Shown: piece after piece, positions 52,275-61,440 of the stretch | How the letters are laid out: each line of letters starts with the position of its first letter | How positions within the stretch are numbered: the first letter of the stretch is position 1 | NCBI RefSeq assembly: GCF_963676285.2 | Contig: NZ_CAXXEN010000002.1 | Coordinates: 1,896,803-1,960,802, forward strand | Source of the DNA: an uncultured Sphaerochaeta sp. | GTDB lineage: Bacteria > Spirochaetota > Spirochaetia > Sphaerochaetales > Sphaerochaetaceae | Direction: 5' to 3' | DNA length: 64,000 nucleotides | Notes under the pieces: generated by a model | The model's input: the letters and a program-made list of their open reading frames with translations, nothing else | Told to the model about the DNA's origin: nothing | Databases searched by the model: none | Made by a program: the position numbers and the translations under genes

Positions 52275-53414
52275 GTGGCGAAACGTGATTATTATGAAGT
52301 GCTTGGAGTTGGAAAGACTGCAACACTAGACGAAATTAAAAAGGCATATCGCAAACTGGCAATTGCCAACCACCCAGACCGCAATCCAGGGGACAAGGCA
52401 GCTGAGGATCGCTTCAAGGAAGCAACTGAGGCATATGATGTCCTGGGTGATGAAAAGAAACGCAAAATGTACGATCAATACGGTTTTGCGGGAGTTGATG
52501 GCGCCAATGGTGGTGGTCATGACTACTCCAATGTGTACCGTGATTTCAGCGACATTTTTGGCGGTGGATTTGGCGGCGGTGGTTTTGAGGATATCTTCAG
52601 CTCCTTCTTTGGGGGAGGTGGTGGAAGATCTCAAGGCCGGGGTGGCCAGAGAGGCCCTGAAGCAGGTTCTTCTCTCCGGTATGATGTGGATATCGATTTT
52701 AAGGATGCAGTTTTTGGCACCAAGATTGAAGTTGCGTACTCCCATCAGGTAGCATGTGATGTTTGTCATGGAAGTGGGAGCGAAGGTGGATCTGGGACCA
52801 AGGTTTGTCCGACCTGTAATGGTTCAGGACAAGTTAGGCGAAACAGTGGGTTCTTTGCAATAGCCAGTGCCTGCCCTACCTGTGGTGGTAGTGGGCATGT
52901 CATTGAAAATCCCTGCTCATCCTGCCATGGCACTGGGTTGAAGAGAAAGCAACAGAAAGTGAAAGTCTCCATTCCTGCTGGAGTGGATACCGGTAGTAGG
53001 GTAGTGCTCAGGGGAATGGGAGATGCAGGTCCTAATGGAGGCCCAGCCGGGGATTTGTATGTATACATCAATGTTAAACCCCATAAATACTTTGTCCGTC
53101 AGGACTATGATTTGTTCTGCCAGATACCCATCTCGATAACCCAGGCATCCTTGGGCGGGGAGATAAAGGTTCCTACCATTGATGGTAATTCCATCAAGGT
53201 GAACATTCCTTCTGGTATCCAGAGTGGTAAAATGCTACGAGTGAAAGGTCGGGGAGTTACCAAGCTCAATACAACTGACCGGGGTGACATGTACATCAAG
53301 TTACAGGTCCAGATTCCCAAGCGATTGGGAATGAAGGCGAAGAAGTTGATGCAGGAATTAAGTGCTGCATTGGGTGAGGATGAGTCCCCCAATCCAGTTC
53401 CTTTCGAAGCGTAA
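52275..53414 (+). CDS. dnaJ: Molecular chaperone DnaJ
   Basis: J domain HPD motif, G/F region, four CxxCxGxG zinc repeats; GTG start. Confidence 0.97.
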   Translation: MAKRDYYEVLGVGKTATLDEIKKAYRKLAIANHPDRNPGDKAAEDRFKEATEAYDVLGDEKKRKMYDQYGFAGVDGANGGGHDYSNVYRDFSDIFGGGFGGGGFEDIFSSFFGGGGGRSQGRGGQRGPEAGSSLRYDVDIDFKDAVFGTKIEVAYSHQVACDVCHGSGSEGGSGTKVCPTCNGSGQVRRNSGFFAIASACPTCGGSGHVIENPCSSCHGTGLKRKQQKVKVSIPAGVDTGSRVVLRGMGDAGPNGGPAGDLYVYINVKPHKYFVRQDYDLFCQIPISITQASLGGEIKVPTIDGNSIKVNIPSGIQSGKMLRVKGRGVTKLNTTDRGDMYIKLQVQIPKRLGMKAKKLMQELSAALGEDESPNPVPFEA

Positions 53415-53471
53415 TGAATTGGGCTGCCATGATTGGTAGCCCTTTCATCGCGTAATGCATAGGAGCATTGT

Positions 53472-54227
53472 ATGGGTGAGAAAATAATTGGCTTTCATGC
53501 CATAGAAGAAGGCCTGAAAAAGGCTTCCTCAGGGTCGGTGCTCTACATCGCCAGGGGAATGGGTGGACATACCCAGGATTTGGAGAGACAAGCTCGACTA
53601 AGCTCGAAAGTTGTGGTCAAGAAGATTGCAAAGGTTGAGATGGACCGAATGGTCAGCCAGGCGGACCATCGGGGTGTTGTACTGGATCTTGTGAGTTCTG
53701 CAAAAGAGTTGGGTGGTAAGGTCCAGAATCTTTCAGTAAAAGACTTTTGCAAGAGTCTTAAGGATGATGACAGTGCACTGGTCCTGGTGCTTGATGAGAT
53801 TACCGATCCTCAGAACCTAGGAGCCATCCTTCGATCAGCAGATCAGTTCTCTGTATCCCTGGTTGTAATTCCTGACAGACGGAGTGCCCATGCGAACAGT
53901 ACGGTCATCAAAGTCTCCTCTGGGGCGGCACACTATGTACCCATGGCACAGGTGACAAACATCAACCGTGAAATTGAGTACCTGAAGAGTCAAGGATTCT
54001 GGGTGTATGGCGCGGCTATGGATGGGCAGGCAGTATACAAGACTACATTCCCTAATAGAACCGTATTGGTAATGGGGAATGAAGGAAAGGGTATTGGGCA
54101 GCTTACTCAGCGGCTCTGCGACCATATGGTCACCATTCCTATGACTGGACACATCGATTCCTTGAACGTTTCCGTTGCAACAGGGATCCTCCTTTATGAA
54201 GTGAGAAGACAACAGGCAACGAAATAG
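53472..54227 (+). CDS. rlmB: 23S rRNA (Gm2251) 2'-O-methyltransferase (SPOUT)
   Basis: LDEITDPQNLGAILRSA, KVSSGA, VMGNEGKG, DSLNVSVA. Confidence 0.9.
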   Translation: MGEKIIGFHAIEEGLKKASSGSVLYIARGMGGHTQDLERQARLSSKVVVKKIAKVEMDRMVSQADHRGVVLDLVSSAKELGGKVQNLSVKDFCKSLKDDDSALVLVLDEITDPQNLGAILRSADQFSVSLVVIPDRRSAHANSTVIKVSSGAAHYVPMAQVTNINREIEYLKSQGFWVYGAAMDGQAVYKTTFPNRTVLVMGNEGKGIGQLTQRLCDHMVTIPMTGHIDSLNVSVATGILLYEVRRQQATK

Positions 54228-54330
54228 ATTCTGACAGCATTAAATTTTGTGATTAGGGGTGCCATTTTGGCACCTCCTTTGGTATACTTTGTTTCGTTTG
54301 CATAATACAAATTAAACTGGAGCGTATGGA

Positions 54331-56166
54331 ATGCGTATAACTCGAGTACTGGTGTGTTGTCTTGTAATGTGTCTCTTATCTGCATCGATTTTTGGGACAG
54401 TAAACCAACAAAAGATCTATAGCTTGGACAGTGATGTCTATGATGCTCTAGAGGTGCTCTATATCCACCAAGGGTTATCCCTTCCCTCAACCACTGGTCC
54501 TTATAGTCAGGCTGAGCTTTCCCTGATGATGGAGAAGATAGATACTTCTCAGCTGAAAGGGGCAATGCAGGACACCTATGAGTATGTGCAGGCAGTCCTA
54601 GGCATTGAGCCTAAGACCCAAGGAAAAGGTATTGGCCTGAGTTGGGGCTTTGACGCAACCTTGGAAACCTACACCCACTCTGATACCACAGACTTCACAG
54701 GAAGAGACTCCTGGAACTATGACTCGATTCACCATAAGCCTCTCCTTGCAGTAAGCTTGGAAACCTGGCCTGCCAACTCCTTCTATGGTTACTCTGAGTT
54801 GAGTGTGGGGAATACCCATACATTGGAAAACGGGTTTGGTACTACCACATTTGCTACAAATATTCCCATGATTCCTCCCTCTCTTATGCCTGACCTTGAC
54901 TTCAACATGCCTTACCGTGCCTTTGTTGCAGCAGGTGGAGAGCATTGGAGTCTCCAGGCAGGTCGAGACAGGCTGAGTTGGGGAGCAGGACACACAGGCA
55001 ACTTAATGCTCAGTGATTCCTTCAAGTACCATAACATGGCTCGTGTGACTACCTTCAGTGATAAATTCAAGTACACCTTTGTGACATCGTTCTTCCCTCA
55101 TCCATTACATTTCTATGATAATGTCCAATCTGGTGTAGGTTATTACAAAAACCCTGAAACAGGTGATATTGAAGAAGTGCCTGTCTATTACAACACCCAG
55201 AATGATGGTCCTACTGAAGGGGACGGACAAGGGACAGCCTTGAATGGCATCTACATGTTCATGTCCCATCGACTCGAGTGGAGGATGTTCCATGATAAAG
55301 TGGGCCTCACACTGACCGAGAGCATCATGTACCAGAGTAAGGAGAATTACTTGGATATACGGATTCTCAATCCTGCCATGATCTTCCATGACTACTATAT
55401 CCGAAGTAATGCAAACTCCATTCTTGGGCTTGAAATCGACTATACGCCAGTGAATGGCTTGAACATCTATGCTCAGGCAGCGGTGGATGAGTTCTCATTG
55501 CCCGGGGAGCCCGTTCCCAGTGATACAGTGACCAATTTTCCCATCACTTTTGGATATCTTGCAGGGATGAAAGGAGTAGTTCCGGTAGCTGATGCAGTTG
55601 GCTACGGTTCCTTGGAGTTTGCTTATACTGATCCTTATCTCTATTTGCGCTATTCAGAGACTTCATCACCTGATGATTCGAGCTCGGGTTACGATGACTA
55701 CGGTCTCAATTATGTGGGTGCCATCAGGGAGTTTACCAATGAATCTGGAATGCGCTACAACTCCGAATTTATCGGCTACACCTACGGTAATGATGCCCTG
55801 GTGGTCAACCTCAATGGTGGTGTGAAGTCCTATGGGAAGTGGAATCTGAGTGGCAATGTGTTCTACATGGCCCACGGTACCTTCGATATGTTTACTTACT
55901 GGACCAGAGTGGGGGGAGGTGTGGCTGATATTCCAACTACGCCTACATCCGGTGGGAGCGTCGGCAACTACGCTGATTCCAGTTATGCGTCCCGCAATGC
56001 TGTAGAGCATACCCTTGTTGCAGGAGTCAATGGATCGTATCAAATTACCGATACGCTGAAAACCTTTGGTCAGTTGGATTATATCACCATACAGAATTAT
56101 CAGAACATAGCTGGGCAGAAAGCAAGTGATATTCAACTTACCCTTGGCCTGAGCTACACAATCTGA
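54331..56166 (+). CDS. Exported, probable outer-membrane beta-barrel protein, Wzi-like (paralogue 1)
   Basis: Signal peptide; LYIHQGLSLPS..PYS.AE N-domain; AGRDRLSWGAGHTGNLMLSD Wzi-like segment; alternating aromatic beta-strands; ends LGLSYTI. Confidence 0.6.
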   Translation: MRITRVLVCCLVMCLLSASIFGTVNQQKIYSLDSDVYDALEVLYIHQGLSLPSTTGPYSQAELSLMMEKIDTSQLKGAMQDTYEYVQAVLGIEPKTQGKGIGLSWGFDATLETYTHSDTTDFTGRDSWNYDSIHHKPLLAVSLETWPANSFYGYSELSVGNTHTLENGFGTTTFATNIPMIPPSLMPDLDFNMPYRAFVAAGGEHWSLQAGRDRLSWGAGHTGNLMLSDSFKYHNMARVTTFSDKFKYTFVTSFFPHPLHFYDNVQSGVGYYKNPETGDIEEVPVYYNTQNDGPTEGDGQGTALNGIYMFMSHRLEWRMFHDKVGLTLTESIMYQSKENYLDIRILNPAMIFHDYYIRSNANSILGLEIDYTPVNGLNIYAQAAVDEFSLPGEPVPSDTVTNFPITFGYLAGMKGVVPVADAVGYGSLEFAYTDPYLYLRYSETSSPDDSSSGYDDYGLNYVGAIREFTNESGMRYNSEFIGYTYGNDALVVNLNGGVKSYGKWNLSGNVFYMAHGTFDMFTYWTRVGGGVADIPTTPTSGGSVGNYADSSYASRNAVEHTLVAGVNGSYQITDTLKTFGQLDYITIQNYQNIAGQKASDIQLTLGLSYTI

Positions 56167-56173
56167 TAAGGGA

Positions 56174-57874
56174 GTGCGTGTGAGACGACTATCCATCATT
56201 CTGTTGTTGATTGGAATATGCGTGGGACCACTTCTTGCTACCACCGGCGCGCAGGAAGTGATCCCGCTCTCTGATCCCATCTATCAGGAGATGGACCTCC
56301 TGTACTTGATTACAGGAACAGGAACACCTTCCGCTTCCCGGCCCTGGACAAAAGCTGAAGCCCAGAACATGCTTTCATATGTGTCCTCAGGGGAGGAAGG
56401 GAGCACGCAACATACACTCTATACTTCCATACATCAAACGACATATGAGTCACTTCGTTGGATGTTTCCTGACGAATTCGCTCTCTCGGCCAACTTGGAT
56501 ATCTCCCTAGAGGGTTATGCCCACCATAACCCATCGTATAACTCCTTGGGGAGATGGGACTATGCTTTCCCGGATCGAAAGCCTCTGGCTAGACTCCGCC
56601 TGGATATGGCAATATCAGATTTCTTCTACACCTATAGTGATTTACAATATGGATACGGACTTTATACGCACGACGATGTCATTCCTCATCTAGCGGATGA
56701 TCATAACTCCTTTGGTGCACTTATCCCTGATGCAAGTACCAATAATATAAACTATATAGATGGATCTACCCCCCTCATACAATATCAGAAACGGTTTGCA
56801 AACAACCTGATTCCTGCAAGCAAGCATTTTGACTTCCAATGGCCAAAACGCGCAGTATTCTCTGTTGGTTCCGGGCATTGGAATCTTACCTTCAGCCGGG
56901 ATAGGATTTCATGGGGAAACTCCCGGATCGGGAACTTCATATTGGATGATCATGTCGACTTCCATGAGTATCTTCGTTTCACTGCCTTCTCAAAATACTT
57001 TAAATATGAGGCATTGACGGTTTTCTTCGATACCTACTATGCCAATGAACCACACATCCGTATGTTGCTTGCTCATCGTCTGGAATTCCGACCTTGGGAG
57101 AAACTGTCGCTTGCCGTTAGTGAGAATGTCATGTACAAGGATGATTTCCTGGATGTCAGATTTCTCAATCCATCATTTATCTATCATAACCTGCACCAAG
57201 AGAGTAAGTTCAATGCAATAGCACATGCTGAACTGGCCTACGTCCCTGTTTCGGGGATTCGTCTGTATGGACAGTTTGCCTTGGATCAAGCTGTTGCCCC
57301 TAATGAGGACCCTGATGAAGAGGACACAGCCTGGGCTCTTTCATTGGGACTGGAAGTGGCAAGACCACTGGAAAGTGGAGTGCTTTCCAGCACATTGGAA
57401 GCTTCCATGGCCCTACCAAGTATGTATCGCAGAGATAGCGTTGACTTCTTGATGATCCGGCGGTATGCAGGACTTGGAAGGACCGTGCATCTGCTTGACT
57501 ACATCGGTTCCCCCTATGGGGGCGATGCCTTGGTGTTTCTCTCTGAGACAAACTACCATGTTCCCTCAGTTGGTACCCTCTCCCTTACCTTTACAGCTGC
57601 CTTGAAAGGCGAGATAGATATGTACACACCAAGTATTGGTGGTACCACTGATTATGGTGCTGTCCTTTTCTCCCAAAATTTGATCTCCACAGCATTCTGT
57701 GCAACTCTCTCAGGAATGAAGACGCTTGAATTAAGCTTATCAGGTATTGAGCGATGGGAAATTTATTCTAGTCTCTCGTGTCTCTCATTTGGGGAATATT
57801 TACAATCGAGTCATACGTTTACTCTAGATTCTTGGGATTTCCAGGTTGTTTTGGGGACCTCAGTTACTTTCTAA
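56174..57874 (+). CDS. Exported, probable outer-membrane beta-barrel protein, Wzi-like (paralogue 2)
   Basis: Signal peptide; LYLITGTGTPS..PWT.AE; SRDRISWGNSRIGNFILDD; ends VLGTSVTF; start 56174 or 56180. Confidence 0.6.
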   Translation: MRVRRLSIILLLIGICVGPLLATTGAQEVIPLSDPIYQEMDLLYLITGTGTPSASRPWTKAEAQNMLSYVSSGEEGSTQHTLYTSIHQTTYESLRWMFPDEFALSANLDISLEGYAHHNPSYNSLGRWDYAFPDRKPLARLRLDMAISDFFYTYSDLQYGYGLYTHDDVIPHLADDHNSFGALIPDASTNNINYIDGSTPLIQYQKRFANNLIPASKHFDFQWPKRAVFSVGSGHWNLTFSRDRISWGNSRIGNFILDDHVDFHEYLRFTAFSKYFKYEALTVFFDTYYANEPHIRMLLAHRLEFRPWEKLSLAVSENVMYKDDFLDVRFLNPSFIYHNLHQESKFNAIAHAELAYVPVSGIRLYGQFALDQAVAPNEDPDEEDTAWALSLGLEVARPLESGVLSSTLEASMALPSMYRRDSVDFLMIRRYAGLGRTVHLLDYIGSPYGGDALVFLSETNYHVPSVGTLSLTFTAALKGEIDMYTPSIGGTTDYGAVLFSQNLISTAFCATLSGMKTLELSLSGIERWEIYSSLSCLSFGEYLQSSHTFTLDSWDFQVVLGTSVTF

Positions 57875-57922
57875 TGGCAAATGTACAGTGAGAAAATTAT
57901 GTCACAAGTTAACCGGTATTCA

Positions 57923-57952
57923 TTGACGGCAAGGGTAATCTGAGGGTAGGAT
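57923..57952 (+). promoter_or_regulatory. Sigma70-type promoter with no downstream plus-strand CDS
   Basis: TTGACG, 18 bp, TAGGAT. Confidence 0.55.
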
Positions 57953-57958
57953 GAAAGT

Positions 57959-58163
57959 AGAGATGGACCTTGTTTATGTGTTTCCTTCTAACAATGGTCT
58001 TTCTTCTGGAGTTCTGAGACGATTTCTTCTGACCGTTCCCTTTGCGTGGGGGGAATCGAAAAGTTGACGGCTGCCTGGGGAGGTGGCCGTCAGTCTTGAG
58101 GAACTATGGAACGGTAGAGCATGAGACTTCACTGTGGGGTGTGAGGTCTCATTGCTTTTTTTT
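57959..58163 (+). ncRNA. Candidate ~200-nt small RNA (identity unknown; 6S-like not excluded)
   Basis: Promoter upstream, several hand-paired stems, plus-strand U8 terminator, no convincing CDS. Confidence 0.45.
58122..58163 (+). terminator. Plus-strand Rho-independent terminator
   Basis: TGAGACTTCAC-TGTGGGGT-GTGAGGTCTCA then TTGC-TTTTTTTT; no T tract on the minus strand. Confidence 0.8.
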
Positions 58164-58167
58164 GGTT

Positions 58168-59424
58168 TTAATTCTCGAAAAACCGGTTTCCAATATCTTG
58201 CCGATACCAGGCACCTTCAAAATTTACCAGTTTGACACCTTTGTATGCATTCTTGTTTGCATTCATGATATTGTAGCCGATTCCCACCACTGTGACACAA
58301 CGTCCACCGGTGGTAACCAATTTGCCTTCATACTCTTGGACTCCACCGAAAAAGTATCGAGGAGCACCTTCGAAGCTGTTGTACAGAAGGGGGGCCGGCA
58401 TTGGCTCGAGGTTTTTCCCAATAATGGGTTTTTCCGGATACCCATCAGAAGCAACCACCAAGGCTACTGCCGATTGATTGGAAACCTCAAGATTGAGGGA
58501 AGAGAGCGTATCATGCTTCATGGCATTAAGAATATCGACAATGTCCGTGTTGATGAGTGGTACGAATGCCTGTGCGGCAGGATCGTTGAAGCGAACATGG
58601 TAATCAACGAGAATAGGCCCATTCTTGGTGATGATGACACTGATGGTCAGTACACCCTTGTAAGCCATCTTTTCAGCCTTCAGGCCGAACAATACCGGTT
58701 CAATGATTGACTCGACGAGAGCTTCACTCAAATTTTTCTGGAGCGGAACCGGGCAAATGGAACCCATGCCCCCGGTAGGCAGTCCTCCCTCCTCGACTTT
58801 CATGTAGTCGCTTGAGGTGGGAAGCATGAGATATCCTTTATTATCCAAGAAGAGGGTGATGGTTATAGGAAGCCCATTGAGGTGTTCTTCCAGAATAATC
58901 GGACCGGTGGCAAGCAGCCCCTTGGAAAAATCCATGAGGGTGGAGTAATCAGTGGAATCTACCATGACTCTGCTGGGTGCGATAGCATTGCTCTTTACCA
59001 CGAAACGTTCGCCTTCATGACGTTTTAAGTACTCTGAGAGTTTTTCTTCATCGTCAAAGAGAACATGGGAAGAAGTAGGAATATTGTGGCGGTCGGAAAA
59101 CATACGGGCAAAATTACGATCGCCCTCAAGTTTCAAAGCGCGATTGGGTGCTCCGAATGTGTCTATTCCCCGTTCATTGAGAAAGTCGATGACACCTGTA
59201 AACAGAGGTGCCTCAGTACCCACAAAGACGAAGTCGATACCATGGGTCTGGCAAGCCTCGTATACCTGCTCAGGGTCAGAAGGATCAATTGACAGATTTA
59301 CCGCAATTGTCTTAGTTCCTACATTTCCAGGTGCTACATATAAACCATCAATTAGACGACTTTGAGAGAACCACCATGCAATGGCATGGTCTTTCGCTCC
59401 GGACCCTAACACTAATACTCTCAT
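58168..59424 (-). CDS. purD: Phosphoribosylamine-glycine ligase-like (PurD-family) ATP-grasp protein with divergent active-site motifs
   Basis: MRVLVLGSG, PGNVGT, GTEAPL, TGGMGSICP, GYP, TTGGR, RQDIG align to PurD along its length, but several catalytic motifs are changed; ATG 59424. Confidence 0.7.
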   Translation of the reverse strand: MRVLVLGSGAKDHAIAWWFSQSRLIDGLYVAPGNVGTKTIAVNLSIDPSDPEQVYEACQTHGIDFVFVGTEAPLFTGVIDFLNERGIDTFGAPNRALKLEGDRNFARMFSDRHNIPTSSHVLFDDEEKLSEYLKRHEGERFVVKSNAIAPSRVMVDSTDYSTLMDFSKGLLATGPIILEEHLNGLPITITLFLDNKGYLMLPTSSDYMKVEEGGLPTGGMGSICPVPLQKNLSEALVESIIEPVLFGLKAEKMAYKGVLTISVIITKNGPILVDYHVRFNDPAAQAFVPLINTDIVDILNAMKHDTLSSLNLEVSNQSAVALVVASDGYPEKPIIGKNLEPMPAPLLYNSFEGAPRYFFGGVQEYEGKLVTTGGRCVTVVGIGYNIMNANKNAYKGVKLVNFEGAWYRQDIGNRFFEN

Positions 59425-59475
59425 TGCATTTCCTTCCCGATGTGATTGCTCAAATAAACGTACCATTTTACCGCT

Positions 59476-60474
59476 TTACAGGTCAACAAGTGGGCTGAGA
59501 GCCTCGAGATACTGTTCACGTCTGGAGGCATGTACCACCGCTTGCTTAATTGTTGAGGTATTGGGAATTCCTTTCAGGTAACTGCAGGTATGCTTTCTCA
59601 TCAACGTGCATGCCGTTGTTTCTCCAAAGCTATCGATCATAAGGTCCAGGTGGCGTAGAATGGCAACCCTTCTCATTTCCACTGTGATGGGCTCAGGTTC
59701 CCTATTTTGCAAGATGGCTTTGGCCTGGGAGAAGATGAAGGGATTACCAATAGCTCCCCGTGCAAACATCACCCCATCGATACCGGTTTCTTCAATCATT
59801 CTCTTGGCATCTTCTGCCTTGAATAGATCACCGGAACCGAAGACTGGTACCGAATAATTGTGCTGGAGCGTGTACTGCTTGAGTTCTGTGAGCTTGCTCC
59901 AATCAGCAAATGGCGCATATCCTTGGCTACGGGTCCTTGCATGGAGCGTCAGTGCACTCGCCCCTCCATCCAGGGCAGCTTGTGCAAATTCAAGAAAGTT
60001 CTCACTCTGTGCATCCCAGCCTGTCCTGAACTTGACCGATACAGGGATGTCTGTCTCATCCGTGATGATACGGACCACCTCGGTTATAAGTTTGGGCTGC
60101 TTCATCATGGATGAACCTGCACCCGTCTTGGTTACCTTTGGAACAGGACAACCGCAATTAATATCGATTACCTCGGGCTGGTAAGGCTGGAGCTGGGCAA
60201 GGGCTTCCTTGAGAGAATCGGTGTTTCCCATGAATAGTTGAACAGCGTACTGCTTTTCGTTTGGGGCACGATCCATGAGCGCAAGTGTTTTCTCGCCTTC
60301 TCTTGCAAGACCTTCGGCACTAACCATTTCTGTAAATGTAAAATCCGCTCCTGCTTCAATGCAGAGCGTTCTGAATGGAATATCTGTGTACCCGGCAAGT
60401 GGGGCAAGAAACACGTTTCCGCCTAGCGTTGTCGGGCCGATTGTTACGGGGTGATAAAGATTCTTTCTGTTCAT
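59476..60474 (-). CDS. dusB: tRNA-dihydrouridine synthase
   Basis: LAPLAGYTD, TEMVSA, IDINCGCP..KV, VSVKFRTGW, LHARTR, MFARGAIGNP. Confidence 0.92.
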   Translation of the reverse strand: MNRKNLYHPVTIGPTTLGGNVFLAPLAGYTDIPFRTLCIEAGADFTFTEMVSAEGLAREGEKTLALMDRAPNEKQYAVQLFMGNTDSLKEALAQLQPYQPEVIDINCGCPVPKVTKTGAGSSMMKQPKLITEVVRIITDETDIPVSVKFRTGWDAQSENFLEFAQAALDGGASALTLHARTRSQGYAPFADWSKLTELKQYTLQHNYSVPVFGSGDLFKAEDAKRMIEETGIDGVMFARGAIGNPFIFSQAKAILQNREPEPITVEMRRVAILRHLDLMIDSFGETTACTLMRKHTCSYLKGIPNTSTIKQAVVHASRREQYLEALSPLVDL

Positions 60475-61253
60475 ATATCCTTCGGAAGGGCAAAGGCCCT
60501 GAGGCTGTTAGCATAAAGCGTTTGTGAAAGCGCTTCAAGGGATGTTTGCCTCAGTGCTGCAAGAACAGTTGCCGTTTCCAGAATATATTGAATTTTATTT
60601 CGCTCTCCCTTGTGGGAGTAGGGAGTCATAAAGGGAGCTTCGCTCTCAATGACAATCCTGTCTTCAGGAAGGCGTATGGCTACCTCTTGCAACATCCGGC
60701 TATTCTTGAAGGTCAGGTTTCCTGCGAAAGAGAAGGTGAGATTCATATCCAGTGCTCGTTGTGCGAATGACCAATCTTCTCCAAAGCAGTGGAGAATTCC
60801 ACCCTTTGGTGGAAGTTTTTCCTTGAGTATGGGTAGCAGATCTTCCCCTGCGTTTCGATTGTGGATAATCACAGGAAGGTCCAGATGTTTTGCAATCTCG
60901 AGATGCTTGAGCATCAGCTCAATCTGTGCAGTCTTATCGCCCCCGAACATATGGTAATAGTCCAGTCCTGTCTCTCCAATGGCTATGACACGTTTCTTTT
61001 TTGCATGAGAGATGACCCTCTCTTCCCAATCATGTCCTGGATGGGCTACTTCGGTAGGGGAAACCCCTACTGCATGGTAGACATCCTTTGCACTCTCCAG
61101 ATTGGTGTAGGTCTTTTCAAAATCGCTTAAACTATTGCAGATGCTCACTACATGCTTGACCGACTTGACTTTGGCAAGTTGGACAGCAAGCAGTTGTTCC
61201 ATTTTGTCATCCTGGATCAGCCCTATGTGGGCGTGCGTGTCAAACAGTTGCAT
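60471..61253 (-). CDS. TatD-family deoxyribonuclease
   Basis: DTHAH, AVGVSP, IGETGLDY, IIHNR, ILHCF, IESEAPF (E where D is usual in ETD). Confidence 0.92.
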   Translation of the reverse strand: MQLFDTHAHIGLIQDDKMEQLLAVQLAKVKSVKHVVSICNSLSDFEKTYTNLESAKDVYHAVGVSPTEVAHPGHDWEERVISHAKKKRVIAIGETGLDYYHMFGGDKTAQIELMLKHLEIAKHLDLPVIIHNRNAGEDLLPILKEKLPPKGGILHCFGEDWSFAQRALDMNLTFSFAGNLTFKNSRMLQEVAIRLPEDRIVIESEAPFMTPYSHKGERNKIQYILETATVLAALRQTSLEALSQTLYANSLRAFALPKDI

Positions 61254-61375
61254 ACCGACTCCTTGAGAAGCTTACAAGCCTGTGTGGAGGATGGGTCCAC
61301 TATAGCATGGTAGGTGTGAGCCGTCAACGTTGTAACTCATATGCAGCAAAATAGTTATATACACATGTAGAGAGT

Positions 61376-61404
61376 TTGACAATTTGTTATTGACGTGGTA
61401 GCTT
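61376..61404 (+). promoter_or_regulatory. Sigma70 promoter of ricT-like gene
   Basis: TTGACA, 17 bp, TAGCTT with extended -10 TG. Confidence 0.65.
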
Positions 61405-61440
61405 TACTTCAGTGCCACAGTCAAATGGCAAAGGATATAG

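Noticed and set aside
54267-54284. Second sigma-54 promoter before the Wzi-like genes
   Set aside because: TTGGCAC is present but the -12 position reads GG instead of the invariant GC; it is one arm of a GGTGCC/GGCACC hairpin
57951-58067. 38-aa ORF MKVEMDLVYVFPSNNGLSSGVLRRFLLTVPFAWGESKS as a called CDS
   Set aside because: First ATG overlaps the predicted -10 box, no SD for the second ATG, no recognisable motif; kept only as an alternative to the sRNA hypothesis
58042-58710. 222-aa plus-strand ORF after the orphan promoter
   Set aside because: Runs through the plus-strand terminator and antisense to the PurD-like gene; no protein features
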